From Defluviitaleaceae bacterium (GTDB lineage Bacteria; Bacillota; Clostridia; Lachnospirales; WRAX01): DNA of 56,713 nucleotides. The position numbers and the translations under genes are program-made. The stretch spans positions 1-56,713 of the forward strand of contig WQZZ01000001.1 in assembly GCA_009780485.1 (NCBI GenBank), written 5' to 3'. Under the pieces are notes generated by a model that saw nothing but the letters and a program-made list of their open reading frames with translations, searched no databases and was not told the DNA's origin. Positions within the stretch are counted from its first letter, which is position 1. Every line of letters starts with the position of its first letter. Shown here in pieces: positions 44,614 to 54,035 of this stretch.

Positions 44614-44657
44614 GGGTATCGTATTCAGAATTGGGGCGGGCAATGCCCGCCCCTACC
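44614..44657. repeat. REP-like element (perfect palindrome GGGGCGGGCAATGCCCGCCCC)
   Basis: Lies between the two hypothetical membrane-protein genes. The flank GGGTATCGTATTCAGAAT is related to GGTATCGTCTGCATAA. Confidence 0.85.
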
Positions 44658-44658
44658 T

Positions 44659-46521
44659 TTATCGAGTGGTTTGCACACTGTGGGTAACGAATTGTCCACC
44701 CAAAAACTCTCCTGCCACTTTGTGGGTTAGAATTTCTTGGTGCAACCTACCATTTTGCAGGCTGGGTCGCATTTCTTTTACGATTGCAAAAACCCTATCA
44801 CCATCCACTTTCATGGTAGAAATTTGGGAAAACGGCTCTAACATCCCGCCTGTGTAGGGCGTCTGCACAAAATGTTCTTCGATAAGCCTTGCACGGATTG
44901 CGTTTTCCGCAGATGGGGCAATGTCACCGATATTAAGGTCTATTGTGTATGCGGTGCGGGGCAGGTTCATGTAAATGGTTTCGATTTCTAAGCTAATTCT
45001 TGCACCACCTACACCTTCAAAATTTGCGTTATTGCGGGTGTCAAAAACCACATCTGTCCCACGGGAATCATAACGCACTGCACCTTCCAAGCGGTGGGTT
45101 ATGCCATCATCGTCGGTAAATACAAGACTTGATGTCATGGTGGTTGGCACACGACCTTCTTGGCGTTGCCATGTATTATAATCTTCATCATAAACCAAAG
45201 TGGAACGAACACCACCTAAAGGCATAATGAACATTGGACCTTGCCTTGTCATGCCTTCAATGGTTACAAAATGATTGCTATCCAGCCACATTTCCTGCTC
45301 ACGATTGCTGCCTGGCACAAGTAATGGGGTGATGGACATGGTTTGGTTTACATTGAAATACCTGTACAATCCATCTAAAAGTACACTTACTTCACCCCCA
45401 AGGGTACGTAATGGACCAAAGTCCATACGGGCAATTTCTACACTTCCGTCAAAATATGCGGTTTCCATTTCGCCACTGATGGGCGGAAGAAAAACAGCCC
45501 CTTGACGCAGAACCACAGATGCGATGCTGTCACGTTGTTTTAACACAAATCCGCCGTCACTGAAATTGTGGGACAGGGACAGACCAACAGTACTGCCACC
45601 ACCAGAGAATAAACCATGTGTCATCCGCACATCAATCCCCAACAGTATGTCTGTTTCAAAAGTTACGGGATGGTTAAAATGTCTTGCAAAAGCAATGTCA
45701 CCGCCGTAATATGCCAAATCCACATCCACCGTTACCCCTGTTTCCAAGTCGGTGATGGACAGGGTTAGACCTTCAGCTTCTGGACTTACAGGTTGAAAAC
45801 GCACAGGGATGTGGTTAAGAGAAAGTTGGCGCATGGGGTTGGTTGCAAAAGCAATGTCTTGCCTGTAGCTGTTGCCGTCAAAGTCTGTTAGGGCGATAAA
45901 AAAGCGGGTTAAGTCTATATCTCCTTCAAAATAAAAGGTGGTTGCAGCAGCGTCTAGTAAAATTCGCCTTAAAATTAATTCTTCACCGCCTACATTTATA
46001 GCTAGGTTTACGAAAGCGTGGTTTGCACTGTTAAAACCACCATGGGGCTGGTATATGCGACGCACACCATCATCGCCATCTGACCCTCGGCTCATAGCAA
46101 ACACCACAACGACCCCCACAAGGGAAATCACTGCCACCGTTGCCATTGCAATTATGGCTATGCGTAACATTTTTGGTGCAGCTTTTATATCTTGCAAGAT
46201 TTTGTTATCTTTAAGACTCTGTTTTATGGATGGCGGCTTAAATGTACGCTTCTTTTTTTCTTTCCCTTGTTTTTCTTCCTTTTCTTCTCCGTAAATTACT
46301 GCACCTTCTGGCAGGGAATCTGCAGTAAGGATAAGTTCACCTGAACTTTCTTCATCGTTAACCTTTTCGATGGAATCCAAAAAATCGGCGTTTGGTCCAC
46401 GCCCTTCGTCATCATCTTCTTCTTTTTGTGTCATTAATGCTTCAAGTATGGCATCCAAGTCTTCTTCTTCAGAATCCGAACCACTCATGGCACCTAAAAT
46501 TTTATCTAAATCGTCAGCCAT
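44659..46521 (-). CDS. hypothetical single-pass membrane protein: acidic N-terminal tail, TM, large extracytoplasmic domain
   Basis: 620-aa ORF. D/E-rich first roughly 100 aa, then a Lys-rich stretch and the hydrophobic helix IAIIAMATVAVISLVGVVVVFAM. Confidence 0.6.
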   Translation of the reverse strand: MADDLDKILGAMSGSDSEEEDLDAILEALMTQKEEDDDEGRGPNADFLDSIEKVNDEESSGELILTADSLPEGAVIYGEEKEEKQGKEKKKRTFKPPSIKQSLKDNKILQDIKAAPKMLRIAIIAMATVAVISLVGVVVVFAMSRGSDGDDGVRRIYQPHGGFNSANHAFVNLAINVGGEELILRRILLDAAATTFYFEGDIDLTRFFIALTDFDGNSYRQDIAFATNPMRQLSLNHIPVRFQPVSPEAEGLTLSITDLETGVTVDVDLAYYGGDIAFARHFNHPVTFETDILLGIDVRMTHGLFSGGGSTVGLSLSHNFSDGGFVLKQRDSIASVVLRQGAVFLPPISGEMETAYFDGSVEIARMDFGPLRTLGGEVSVLLDGLYRYFNVNQTMSITPLLVPGSNREQEMWLDSNHFVTIEGMTRQGPMFIMPLGGVRSTLVYDEDYNTWQRQEGRVPTTMTSSLVFTDDDGITHRLEGAVRYDSRGTDVVFDTRNNANFEGVGGARISLEIETIYMNLPRTAYTIDLNIGDIAPSAENAIRARLIEEHFVQTPYTGGMLEPFSQISTMKVDGDRVFAIVKEMRPSLQNGRLHQEILTHKVAGEFLGGQFVTHSVQTTR

Positions 46522-46647
46522 TGCTTCCTCCTAAAAATTTCAACATGGTTGTCCAGTATTATACCACACTTTGCCCAAAAAGAAAAGGTTTGAAAATATT
46601 TTTGTTTTATGTTATAATAGTATTGATTGATAAGATGGGGGTGGTCT

Positions 46648-47271
46648 ATGCCTATGGAAAATATATTTATAACCTTTGAAGGCGGAGAAGGGGCAGGTAA
46701 AACCACCCAAATTCAGATGTTGCATGACTATTTGTCGGCACAGGGTCTGGCGGTGGTGGCGGTGCGCGACCCTGGCGGGACTGCCATTGCAGAGCAAATT
46801 CGTGCCATGGTTAAAAGCAATGCCAATGCTGATATTTATGTGCGGACGGAAGCATTGCTGTATCTGGCAGCACGATGTGAGATGGTAGAGAAGCTTATAA
46901 GACCCCATCTGTCGGCTGGTCGGATTGTTTTATGCGACCGTTTTGCGGATTCTACAATTGCTTACCAAGGTTTTGCCAATGGGCTGGAAGTAGAGGGCTT
47001 GGAATATATCGGCAGATTTGCCACAGGTGATTTAACACCAACCCTAACTTTTTACCTAAAAATTAGCCCACAGGATGGGCTTTTGCGTAAGACTGCCCAG
47101 CAAGACCTTGACAGGGTGGAAAACAAGGGCTTGGGGTATCATAAGAAGGTGGAAGAAGGTTTTGAGCATCTTGCCAAGAATAACCCCCAGCGGATTATCA
47201 CCATTGACGCCACCCTGCCAATTGATGAGATACACCAAATTATTGTAAATAGTACAAATAGAATTTTCTAG
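46648..47271 (+). CDS. tmk: thymidylate kinase
   Basis: Start trimmed to the ATG at 46648. P-loop FEGGEGAGKTTQ and a DRF motif. Confidence 0.92.
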   Translation: MPMENIFITFEGGEGAGKTTQIQMLHDYLSAQGLAVVAVRDPGGTAIAEQIRAMVKSNANADIYVRTEALLYLAARCEMVEKLIRPHLSAGRIVLCDRFADSTIAYQGFANGLEVEGLEYIGRFATGDLTPTLTFYLKISPQDGLLRKTAQQDLDRVENKGLGYHKKVEEGFEHLAKNNPQRIITIDATLPIDEIHQIIVNSTNRIF

Positions 47272-47356
47272 CAAGACAATCATTCCATATGCAAACAACC
47301 AAACGGCTTTGGTTGAAAAGAATGTTGCTGGCCTAAAATAAAAGGAGGACAAAATT

Positions 47357-47686
47357 ATGAAATTTATTATGGCTATTGTTCAAGACGAGGATGCAATTAA
47401 ACTTATTGATAAGTTAAGCGAGCATCGTTTTATGGTAACTAAAATGGCATCTACTGGTGGTTTTTTACGCACTGGTAACACCACGCTAATTTGTGGTGTG
47501 GATGACGAAAGGGTGGAGGAATTTATTAGCCTTGTGGAAAGTAATTGTAAATCCCGCAAGCAAATTACCTCTGTAAACGCTTCCCACCTTTCCACTGCCG
47601 ATAACTATGTTCCATATCCTGTGGAAGTTGCTGTTGGCGGTGCCACCATCTTTGTTTTGGACGTTGCGGAGTTTAGGAGAGTTTAG
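47357..47686 (+). CDS. darA: cyclic-di-AMP receptor PII-like protein DarA (YaaQ)
   Basis: Near-collinear similarity to B. subtilis YaaQ as I remember it (VQD.D, VTK.A.TGGFL..GNTT, YVPYPVEV.VGGAT.FVL). Confidence 0.85.
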   Translation: MKFIMAIVQDEDAIKLIDKLSEHRFMVTKMASTGGFLRTGNTTLICGVDDERVEEFISLVESNCKSRKQITSVNASHLSTADNYVPYPVEVAVGGATIFVLDVAEFRRV

Positions 47687-48130
47687 ATGTCTATTAAGAT
47701 TGGAGATGTGGGTACGGTTGCAACCCCGCAACAAATTTCCGCTGTTAAAGAAAAATTTGATACTGGCGAATTTGCTTTTACCCTTAAAAGAGTTGCAGGC
47801 GAAGGGCTTGCTGAGCGTCTAGAAGGGCTAATTACCGATATTAACCTGTGGGGCAAAAAAATTGCCGACCACAGGGATATTGGCGACCTTAAAAAATATC
47901 GTGCCTTGGTGCAAGAGTTTATAAACGAAGTCGTCACAAATTCCCATGAATTTTCACGGGAAAACTTTTTGGATAGGCGGGGACGGCATCGTGTTTACGG
48001 CATTGTACGTCAAGTAAACCAAGAATTAGATGCTTTGGCACAAGATTTGTTGGTAAACGAAGCAAAGCATATAGATATTTTGTCTAGGGTTGGTGAAATT
48101 CATGGTTTGCTTTTGGATATGGTTATCTAG
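47687..48130 (+). CDS. YaaR-like DUF327 protein
   Basis: Position after darA (TAGATG junction), 147 aa, helical. Confidence 0.72.
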   Translation: MSIKIGDVGTVATPQQISAVKEKFDTGEFAFTLKRVAGEGLAERLEGLITDINLWGKKIADHRDIGDLKKYRALVQEFINEVVTNSHEFSRENFLDRRGRHRVYGIVRQVNQELDALAQDLLVNEAKHIDILSRVGEIHGLLLDMVI

Positions 48131-48154
48131 CAAGTAAAGAACTAGGTGAGGGAT

Positions 48155-48997
48155 ATGAAGCAGTTAATTGTTTTGGCTGACATGGAAGGTGCAAGCGGAA
48201 TTTTTGACCATAATATTACTTGGCTGTACAACGGGCAAGATGATTGGCGAAAATTTGGTCGGGATTGTATAACGTCTGATATGCTGGCGGTTTGTAAGGC
48301 AGCAAAAGATTTTGGCATTGATGAAATTTTGCTTTACGACTTTCATTGGGCAGGTAATCCAGAATTTAATATCATTTTAGAAAAACTACCATCTATGGTG
48401 CGTGTTTTTGACGTAGTGGACAGATGTATGTTTTATGAAAAAATGCGGGGGCAGGCTGCCCGTAATGCTTTTGGCATAATTACCCTTGGGCAACATGCCA
48501 GATGGGAAACGCCAAACGCATATTTTGAACACACAATCCAATCCCCGCCAATTAAGAACATTTTTGTTAATGGCTTGCACATAGCAGAAATTGGTTTCAG
48601 TGTGCTAAATTTTGGCGGGATACCCTATCTTGCTAATATCGGGTGTCAGGCGTCCATGACGGAAGCCTTGGAGCTTTCTGACAGCATTGTGACAATTCCC
48701 GTCAAGGACAAAGCAAAAAAATGGGAGCCAAGCCCCCAAGAAACATTCCCATTGATTTATGACGGCGTGCTAAAGGCTTTACAGCAAGCCGACAAGGCAA
48801 AAGTGGTTAAACTGCCACCACCTTACAGCTTCTCGATGGAGCTATGTGATGGTTTTGCATACGACACCAATGCCGAGATGAGTTGGAAAGGGGAAATCAC
48901 CCCTAAAAATGCAGAGTGGACAGCACCTACCATCGAAATGGGATTGGAGCTTTTTCATCATGTGCGTGCTTTGATAAGTAAAGATGATAGGGTTTGA
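48155..48997 (+). CDS. M55-family D-aminopeptidase (DppA-like)
   Basis: N-terminal LADMEGASGI motif. ATG at 48155 after AGGTGAGGG. Confidence 0.7.
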   Translation: MKQLIVLADMEGASGIFDHNITWLYNGQDDWRKFGRDCITSDMLAVCKAAKDFGIDEILLYDFHWAGNPEFNIILEKLPSMVRVFDVVDRCMFYEKMRGQAARNAFGIITLGQHARWETPNAYFEHTIQSPPIKNIFVNGLHIAEIGFSVLNFGGIPYLANIGCQASMTEALELSDSIVTIPVKDKAKKWEPSPQETFPLIYDGVLKALQQADKAKVVKLPPPYSFSMELCDGFAYDTNAEMSWKGEITPKNAEWTAPTIEMGLELFHHVRALISKDDRV

Positions 48998-49005
48998 GAA
49001 AGGAA

Positions 49006-49941
49006 ATGTTCCACGTGAAACAAATTCTTGGAAACGAACTTACACTACGCTCCATGGCTTCGGCTGTGGGTCATAGGCGGATTAGCCACGCTTATATATT
49101 TTGCGGTGGCAAAGGCTTTGGCAAAAAAATGCTGGCAAGGCATTTTGCCAAAGCCGTTTTGTGCCATAGCCCAAATGATGGTATGGCTTGTGGTGGCTGT
49201 AAATCCTGCAAAACTTGTGACAGCGGAAACAATCCAGATTTGGTCTTTGTACAAAGCGAAAAGTCGGCACTAAGTGTCGGCGAGGTACGGAGCAATCTGT
49301 TGGCAGACCTAGCTGTGTTGCCCCATGGGGGCGAACGTCGGGTTTACATTATCCAAAATGCAGATATGATGAACCATCAGGCACAAAATGCTTTGCTATT
49401 GTCTTTGGAAGATGGTCCAAAGCATGCCGTTTTTATGTTGTTGGCAACGGGACTTGGTGGGTTTTTGCCGACAATCCTTTCCCGCTGTGTGGAGTATAAA
49501 ATACCACCACTTGGCACAGGTGTTATCGTCCAGCATCTTATGGGACAAGGTGTACCTCAAGATAAAGCACAAATTGCCGCCGAATTTTCTGGTGGGGGCG
49601 TTGGGCGAGCCTTAACATTGCTTGATGACGAGGAATTTGCCCAAATACGCACCACAACAATTAATTTGGCACAAACAATCAGCGGTATGGGCATAGCAGA
49701 AATTTTTGCTACCGCAAAAGAATTGGAACAACAAAAAGAACATATTATTGATATTTTAGACATTTTACAAATGCTTTACAGAGACGCCCTTGTAACATTT
49801 TATGATGTGGATGCTTTACATAAAATCCACGCCATCACCGATGCACGTGAAAAATTACGTGCAAATTGCAATTTTCTAATGACGGTCGAACTTTTGCTGT
49901 TGAAACTTGGAGGCAAATATAATGAAGAAACATATAGATAA
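49006..49941 (+). CDS. holB: DNA polymerase III delta-prime subunit
   Basis: SHAYIF.G..G.GK, zinc module C..C..C..C, and SRC motif. Start ambiguous (48994 TTG, 49006 ATG or 49015 GTG). Confidence 0.85.
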   Translation: MFHVKQILGNELTLRSMASAVGHRRISHAYIFCGGKGFGKKMLARHFAKAVLCHSPNDGMACGGCKSCKTCDSGNNPDLVFVQSEKSALSVGEVRSNLLADLAVLPHGGERRVYIIQNADMMNHQAQNALLLSLEDGPKHAVFMLLATGLGGFLPTILSRCVEYKIPPLGTGVIVQHLMGQGVPQDKAQIAAEFSGGGVGRALTLLDDEEFAQIRTTTINLAQTISGMGIAEIFATAKELEQQKEHIIDILDILQMLYRDALVTFYDVDALHKIHAITDAREKLRANCNFLMTVELLLLKLGGKYNEETYR

Positions 49942-50833
49942 AACGAAACAAGGAAAAGAAGCTAAGGATATGGAAGTTATCGGCGTTCGCTTTAAGAAAG
50001 CGGGCAAAATTTACTATTTTGACCCATCTGGTAGCCAGTTTGAATATGGCACTGGCGTTATAGCCGAAACTATCCGTGGTGTGGAGTATGGCACGGTTGT
50101 TATGGCTAACAAAATATCCCGTGTAGAAGCGGCTTGGATGCCCCTTCGCAAACTTAACCGCATTGCCACTGAAAATGATTTAGAGACCCTAAAAGCCAAC
50201 AAACAGCGGGAAAATGAAGCTTTTGACATATGCTTGGAGCGTATTGAAAAACACAGGCTTGGCATGAAATTGGTTGATGTAGAACTTACTTTTGACGCTG
50301 CCAAAATAATATTTTATTTTACGGCAGACGGGCGTGTGGATTTTCGTGAGCTGGTTAGGGATTTGGCTGGCGTGTTCCGTATGCGAATCGAGCTTCGTCA
50401 AATTGGTGTTCGGGACGAATCTAAGTTGTTAAACGGCATCGGGGTTTGCGGTCGAACTTTATGTTGTTCCACCTTTTTGCCAGACTTTCACCCTGTGTCG
50501 ATTAAAATGGCTAAAGACCAGAACCTGTCACTTTCTCCCACGAAAATTTCTGGGGTTTGCGGGCGGCTGATGTGTTGTTTGAAATATGAAGAATCTCATT
50601 ACGACGAACTTAACCAAATTATGCCTGGTGTAGGGGATATTATAAAAGTTGCGGATGGCGAGGGAGAGGTTATTTCTACGTCAATTTTACGCCAAACCCT
50701 GCGGGCTGTAATTCGTAAAAACCCGAAAGATGCCCCGTCAATTAACACATATCATGCCAATGAAATTAAGATTTTGAAAAAGGCAGAGGTGCCAGAGTGG
50801 GAAGAACGCCGCAAAGGACGGTATAGAGAGTAG
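49922..50833 (+). CDS. ricT: PSP1-domain protein RicT (YaaT)
   Basis: VIGVRFKKAGKIYYFDP start region. Cys-rich GVCGRTLCC...CGRLMCCL. ATG at 49922 after GGAGG. Confidence 0.88.
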   Translation: MKKHIDKTKQGKEAKDMEVIGVRFKKAGKIYYFDPSGSQFEYGTGVIAETIRGVEYGTVVMANKISRVEAAWMPLRKLNRIATENDLETLKANKQRENEAFDICLERIEKHRLGMKLVDVELTFDAAKIIFYFTADGRVDFRELVRDLAGVFRMRIELRQIGVRDESKLLNGIGVCGRTLCCSTFLPDFHPVSIKMAKDQNLSLSPTKISGVCGRLMCCLKYEESHYDELNQIMPGVGDIIKVADGEGEVISTSILRQTLRAVIRKNPKDAPSINTYHANEIKILKKAEVPEWEERRKGRYRE

Positions 50834-50949
50834 TTTGGGACAAGGTGCTTCTGTACTAATCATCCGCCAAAAGTTTATGTCGGTTGTGGCAGTCAACACA
50901 AAAATTCCGCAAGGCTCTCTTGCGTTGATATAGATATTCTAAAATTCCG

Positions 50950-51047
50950 AAAGGGGACTGATTTATTATGAAAAGCAGAACTGTTACTATTTCAACACGG
51001 AGAGTGATTTCGACATAACTCTCCGTCATATTTCAAGGAGAGTGTTT
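50950..51047 (+). promoter_or_regulatory. candidate translational attenuator: 16-codon leader ORF (50968..51018) plus mutually exclusive hairpins involving the GNAT RBS
   Basis: ACGGAGAGT (50997..51005) and the RBS GGAGAGT (51037..51043) can each pair with ACTCTCCGT (51018..51026). Confidence 0.35.
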
Positions 51048-51530
51048 ATGGTAAAACCAACAAACATAGAAATTAAGAAGTTTAATGATTTGGATTTTGA
51101 TATTTTTGCACAGATGGTCGGGGTGTATTTTATCGAAGACCTTGAAGAAACACTTAATCACAACCCACCCATTGGGATGTGCAAAGCAATGACGCAGGCC
51201 GCCAAAGATGGTATAATTCATCTTGACCTTCTGCACTTAGATGATACGGCAATAGGTTTCATAATGTATCAGGTAGATAGCCCCGAAAGTAATTGGTGTG
51301 AAAAAGAGGGCTATGGCTTTATAAGGGAGATGTATATTCGCAAAGACCATCGTAAGCAGGGCTATGGAAAAGTCCTTGTTGCCCATGCCGAAAATGAGTT
51401 GAAAAAGCTGTCAGTTCCATATATCTACCTCACTTCTTCCAATGATGACTTTTGGTTGGGTGTTGGATATGTCGAAACTGGTGAAGTTTGTGAAAAAAAC
51501 AGCCTCGGTATTTTAATAAAACAACCATAA
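51048..51530 (+). CDS. GNAT-family N-acetyltransferase
   Basis: 160 aa. Acetyl-CoA motif RKDHRKQGYGKVLV. Confidence 0.8.
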   Translation: MVKPTNIEIKKFNDLDFDIFAQMVGVYFIEDLEETLNHNPPIGMCKAMTQAAKDGIIHLDLLHLDDTAIGFIMYQVDSPESNWCEKEGYGFIREMYIRKDHRKQGYGKVLVAHAENELKKLSVPYIYLTSSNDDFWLGVGYVETGEVCEKNSLGILIKQP

Positions 51531-51561
51531 CTTGTTGATTTAATTGGCAAGTTAGAAGCCC

Positions 51562-51591
51562 AAAACACCCCACTATTTGCGGGGTGTTTTT
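51562..51591. terminator. bidirectional terminator AAAACACCCC / GGGGTGTTTT
   Basis: Lies between convergent genes, with A/T runs on both sides. Confidence 0.75.
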
Positions 51592-51618
51592 ATTAATCGG
51601 ACAAATCAATACATTACC

Positions 51619-52431
51619 CTACTTTAGAGTTTTGTTAAAAAATGTTTCGCTGGACATATGGGGTGGTCGCAGGTAACGGTTTAGAGCAAAAAGACCGTCA
51701 ATATCCCCCACGGTTATGGTGTTGGGCTTTTCGTAACAGGACAAGCTTGCCAGATAACCACCATCACGTATAATCTCATCAGAGGCGGGGGATAAAATGC
51801 CCAACGGATAAGTCAAGCTATTTGCTGTAAGCCCCACATTATCCAGCAAAACATCAGCAAATTTTTTCAAGTCGCCCAAAAGTCTTTCCCTATATTGGTC
51901 AAGGCTTTCCGCTCTTTTCTTGCCAACACCAGCCGAGCCATGAAGGTCATATGTGTGGCTTTGAATTTCTATTCGACCACTCTCATGGGCTTTTCGCACA
52001 CAATCCCATGTCATATGGGGAAATTGGTATTCTTTGCCTTCCTCTGCAAGCTTTGTATATTGGTCTGTTGTCGCCCCGATGATAGCCATGGTTATGCGGG
52101 CATCATATGTTTCCAACATGGGCAACATAATGTCAACCGCTGGTTGCCGACCATCATCAAAACTTAGTACGATGGGTTTTGATGGCAACGGCTTACCCGA
52201 ATGTACGAAGTCAATTAAATCTTGCATTATAACCGCAGTATAACCATTTGCCGACAACCATTTTAAGTCATCCTCAAACTCCGCCACTGTAATTTCCCAG
52301 CGGTTACTGGGGTTATCTTCTAAGGCGTGGTACATGATAATCGGCACATCCGCCGTTTCCCCCGCTGGCAGACCCGCCAACAACGGATTAATGAACGCAA
52401 AAGCCAACAATGTAAATAATAGATTTTTCAT
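51619..52431 (-). CDS. polysaccharide deacetylase (NodB-domain) family protein, secreted
   Basis: Start trimmed to MKNLLFTLLAFAF (signal peptide). LSFDDG and H..H motifs. Confidence 0.83.
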   Translation of the reverse strand: MKNLLFTLLAFAFINPLLAGLPAGETADVPIIMYHALEDNPSNRWEITVAEFEDDLKWLSANGYTAVIMQDLIDFVHSGKPLPSKPIVLSFDDGRQPAVDIMLPMLETYDARITMAIIGATTDQYTKLAEEGKEYQFPHMTWDCVRKAHESGRIEIQSHTYDLHGSAGVGKKRAESLDQYRERLLGDLKKFADVLLDNVGLTANSLTYPLGILSPASDEIIRDGGYLASLSCYEKPNTITVGDIDGLFALNRYLRPPHMSSETFFNKTLK

Positions 52432-52557
52432 AAATTTGCACCTCACAATAAATAATCTTTATTGTTTGCGTCTCTTAGCTTGTCTAAACCTAGAACCTTT
52501 TGTAAATCCACTTGTAAATTTGTTGATTGTTCTGTATAATACTGTTGAGGTGAAATT

Positions 52558-53787
52558 ATGACATATGAGCAAGCACAGGAATATTTATTAAACAGTTACG
52601 GAGTAGGACGAAAAAAAGGGCTAAACGCCATGGCAGACGCTTTGTCAAGGCTTGATAACCCCCAAGATAAAATCAAAATTATCCATGTGGCTGGGACAAA
52701 TGGCAAGGGTAGTTTTTGTGCCATGATGTCCGCTGTTTTGCAAGACGCAGGGTATAAAGTCGGTGTTTTCTGCTCCCCTCATATTGAGGAAGTGGAGGAG
52801 CGTTTTGTAATAAACAACGAGATGATTACCCATAGTGACTTTTGCAAGATTTTAACAGAGGTTGCTAAAATCAGCGAAGATATGTTTGAAGCTGGTGATT
52901 GTTTTTCGTTTTTCGAGCTGTTGACAGTTATGGCATTTGTTTATTTTCAACAACAGGAAGTTGATTTTTTGTTATTGGAAGTGGGTATTGGCGGGCGTTT
53001 GGATGCTACAAATGTGATAACCAATCCATTTTTAACCGCCATAATGCGTATCGGCTTTGACCACATGGAGATACTCGGCAACACCCTTCCAGAAATTGCC
53101 TCTGAAAAGGGCGGTATAATCAAAGAAAATCGTCCTTTGGCATTGTATGACGACATAGAGTTGGTTCGTGATATTTTTGAGCAAATAGCAGAGGAAAAAG
53201 GGGCAAAAATTTACAATGCTAGGGATTTAGATTTAACAGGCTTTCAAGTTGGGTTGCTTGGCGAACACCAACAGGAAAACGCAAGGGTTGTAATGGCGGC
53301 TTGCTCCGCTTTGATGGATTTGGGGGTTAAATTGCGACCAGACCACATCAGATACGGCTTAAAAAACGCCCACCACCCCGCCCGAATGGAAATTATGAGC
53401 GAAAACCCCACCATCATCCTTGAAGGGGCGCATAATTTACAAGGTGCATTAGCCTGTGCCGAAAACATGGGCAAAATGTTTGCTGGGCGTGAAATTACCG
53501 TGGTTATTGGTATTCTAAAGGACAAAGAAATAGGCGAAATTGTGCGGGCTTTGACCAGCTTTGCAACCCGTGTGGTGTTTACCAAACCGCTATACGATTT
53601 TAAGGCATCGACACCCCAAGAATTGCGTGATAGTGCAAGCCTAACGGGTATTGAGCAACATATTGTAGAAAATTGTATCGAAGCCCTTAATTTAGCTGAA
53701 GAAATTACCTCTGATGATGGTGTTATCCTGTGTACGGGTTCGCTATACCTAATGGGCGATATTAGAAAATATTTGCGAGAACGATAA
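52558..53787 (+). CDS. folC: bifunctional folylpolyglutamate synthase / dihydrofolate synthase
   Basis: HVAGTNGKGS P-loop. Mur-ligase pattern EVGIGGRLDATN. Confidence 0.9.
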   Translation: MTYEQAQEYLLNSYGVGRKKGLNAMADALSRLDNPQDKIKIIHVAGTNGKGSFCAMMSAVLQDAGYKVGVFCSPHIEEVEERFVINNEMITHSDFCKILTEVAKISEDMFEAGDCFSFFELLTVMAFVYFQQQEVDFLLLEVGIGGRLDATNVITNPFLTAIMRIGFDHMEILGNTLPEIASEKGGIIKENRPLALYDDIELVRDIFEQIAEEKGAKIYNARDLDLTGFQVGLLGEHQQENARVVMAACSALMDLGVKLRPDHIRYGLKNAHHPARMEIMSENPTIILEGAHNLQGALACAENMGKMFAGREITVVIGILKDKEIGEIVRALTSFATRVVFTKPLYDFKASTPQELRDSASLTGIEQHIVENCIEALNLAEEITSDDGVILCTGSLYLMGDIRKYLRER

Positions 53788-53825
53788 GGCATCAAACACA
53801 CACTATCGTCTAAATTTGAAAAATA

Positions 53826-53950
53826 GTGCCAGCAGGCATGGGACGGGCAATGCCCGCCCCTACAATTGCGTGTTGGCAATATTGTGGGTTTTTGCACATG
53901 CGTGGTAGGGGCGGGCATTGCCCGTCCCACTTATGTAGACGATACCGTAC
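53826..53950. repeat. inverted pair of REP-like elements (G/C variant), arranged tail-to-tail, opposite to the 15006 and 16476 pairs
   Basis: Cores at 53840..53863 and 53904..53928. Flanks GTGCCAGCAGGCAT and ACTTATGTAGACGATACCGT. Confidence 0.88.
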
Positions 53951-53977
53951 AAGCCCAGGGGATGATGCCGTTAAGCA

Positions 53978-54014
53978 AAAACACCATTGCGGGGGTTGAC
54001 CCGCAATGGTGTTT
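53978..54014. terminator. bidirectional hairpin AAACACCATTGCGGG / CCCGCAATGGTGTTT
   Basis: 15-bp perfect stem. T-run on the minus-strand side (reverse complement gives GGTGTTTTTGC). Confidence 0.7.
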
Positions 54015-54035
54015 GGTTTATGTTGAAAAATATGC

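Noticed and set aside
53244-53930. A 228-aa minus-strand ORF.
   Set aside because: It lies antisense inside the well-supported folC gene and extends into REP sequence. Ser/Pro/Arg-rich composition is typical of a shadow frame.
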